64,000 bases of DNA, taken from Acidimicrobiia bacterium (GTDB taxonomy: Bacteria > Actinomycetota > Acidimicrobiia > IMCC26256 > JAGPDB01). How positions within the stretch are numbered: the stretch's first letter is position 1; every line of letters starts with the position of its first letter. Below, piece after piece: positions 62,971 through 64,000 of this stretch. The notes beneath the pieces are model-generated. The model saw only the letters and a list, made by a program, of their open reading frames with translations. It searched no databases and was not told the origin of the DNA. Made by a program: the position numbers and the translations under genes. Location of the stretch: positions 36,010 to 100,009 of the forward strand of contig JAXLRE010000006.1 in assembly GCA_046331265.1 (NCBI GenBank), written 5' to 3'.

Positions 62971-64000
62971 TCAGTAAAGACTAACTAATTTTGTGTTCGT
63001 GCTTTCGTTAAGCTCATCAACAACCCATTTATGACATGTGAAGTAGAACACTTGATGTTCGTTAGATAATTCACTTATGAGAGGGATAATAGAGGAGAAG
63101 CGTCCTGGATCTGAGTTAACTGCGATATCGTCAAATAGAACTGGAACATCTTTGCCCCGTGTAGAGGATTTAATTAAAGCTAGTCTTAAACATAGATAAA
63201 GCTGCTCTTGAGCTCCACGAGATAACTTACTAACGCTCAGTGATGTCAAATCATTTGACACTTCCATGTTTACGCTGATGGACTTATTTTTGCTTGAATC
63301 GATGTTTACATGTATATTTTTCCACTTATTTTTAGTAACAAGCGAAAAATAGTGTGAAGCTAATCTTAAAACTTCAGGTTGTGAATCGCGTTGACATTTT
63401 ATAAATGCATTTTCTGCGAGTTTATGTGCATAAAAACATGCAGCATATTTTTTGTGTTCTGTCTTAAGTTCTTCACGCTGAGTTTGCACTTTTAGTCTTA
63501 GATCGGAGAGTTCACGAGACTTACTAGCATGCTTTTCGTCATTTTCTAATCCTCCAATTTTTTGTTTTATATCATGTTGCTCTTGGATTAGTTTTTGCTT
63601 TACGTCGTTAATTCTTTCTAGCGATTCATTCAAAGTCTCAAATGTGTAGATTGAGCATTCGTTTTTTGCTTCTTCAATATTCGGGTATTGATCTAAAATA
63701 AATTTTTCGTGTGAGCGTATTTTAGATTCACGATCTAAAACTTGACGTTCGAGTTTTTCATTTTCGACTGCGTATTCATAGACTGACTTAAGCCAGATCT
63801 GAGCCGATGATAAAGACTTTATTTCATCTAAATGTTGAACTTTTTTGCCGGTGCATTTTTTCTGTAACTTTTGAATCTTTTTATAAAAAGATTCAAACCA
63901 TGCCAACTTTAGATTATATGATTCATGTAAAGACTCAAGTTGATCTGTTACTTCTTTATAATTCTCTAAGTCTTTAAGGTATCTTTGGATTTCTCGTGGG
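62971..64000 (-). CDS. C-terminal part of a large coiled-coil SMC/SbcC/YhaN-like AAA ATPase (the gene continues beyond the window)
   Basis: Long heptad-like coiled coil, then an ABC-type signature LSRGAQEQLYLCLRLAL and Walker B/D-loop VPVLFDDIAVNSD. The reading frame stays open upstream of the listed TTG at 63906 all the way to position 64000. Confidence 0.6.
   Translation of the reverse strand, partial: PREIQRYLKDLENYKEVTDQLESLHESYNLKLAWFESFYKKIQKLQKKCTGKKVQHLDEIKSLSSAQIWLKSVYEYAVENEKLERQVLDRESKIRSHEKFILDQYPNIEEAKNECSIYTFETLNESLERINDVKQKLIQEQHDIKQKIGGLENDEKHASKSRELSDLRLKVQTQREELKTEHKKYAACFYAHKLAENAFIKCQRDSQPEVLRLASHYFSLVTKNKWKNIHVNIDSSKNKSISVNMEVSNDLTSLSVSKLSRGAQEQLYLCLRLALIKSSTRGKDVPVLFDDIAVNSDPGRFSSIIPLISELSNEHQVFYFTCHKWVVDELNESTNTKLVSLY

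Overview
The window is visibly AT-rich (about one-third G+C by eye, not computed), densely packed and almost entirely coding. It most likely comes from a streamlined, low-GC member of the Actinobacteria. Four features support that assignment. (1) The gene order rsmI-metG-tatD-(rpfB-like)-rsmA-ispE ... glmU-prs-rplY-pth-mfd-mazG-eno-ftsB-DUF501-ppx matches the conserved actinobacterial (mycobacterial rpfB-ksgA-ispE / mfd-mazG-eno-ppx) backbone. (2) There are two tiny actinobacteria-specific ribosomal protein genes that the ORF track misses: bS22 at 12048-12149 and a bL37-like gene at 2822-2911. (3) There is a protein with an Rpf domain. (4) There is a candidate 6C sRNA. Beyond the housekeeping backbone (about 4-35 kb) the window contains: an ABC exporter and OmpR/HK two-component block; a fatty-acid desaturase; an LPXTG surface protein; a glucose/trehalose-type sugar cluster (35.4-43.9 kb) headed by a divergent GT20 (OtsA-like) gene; a beta-propeller-repeat::Rpf fusion behind a candidate c-di-AMP (ydaO-type) riboswitch; and a lysine-catabolism cluster (55.1-60.4 kb: LysDH-like, DUF1338/HglS-like, GlcD-like FAD dehydrogenase, ALDH7-type semialdehyde dehydrogenase), followed by a translationally abutted ureohydrolase / group II PLP decarboxylase pair. 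There are three tRNAs: Gln-UUG, Leu-UAA and initiator Met. I found no CRISPR array, transposase, integrase, prophage or recognisable defence island. The least-explained signals are the following. (a) A family of at least four REP-like palindromic elements (arms GYGTTGGGT / ACCCAACRC) sits at gene 3' ends, and three of them reach into the last codons or stop codon. (b) Several genes are inserted into the otherwise conserved backbone: an ATP-grasp gene, a 2OG-oxygenase-like orphan and a GGDEF protein with a degenerate active site. (c) A long, hairpin-rich leader precedes the divergent GT20 gene. (d) A G8 homopolymer lies in the last codons of the LPXTG gene. All functional calls rest on motif recognition by eye; no searches were run.
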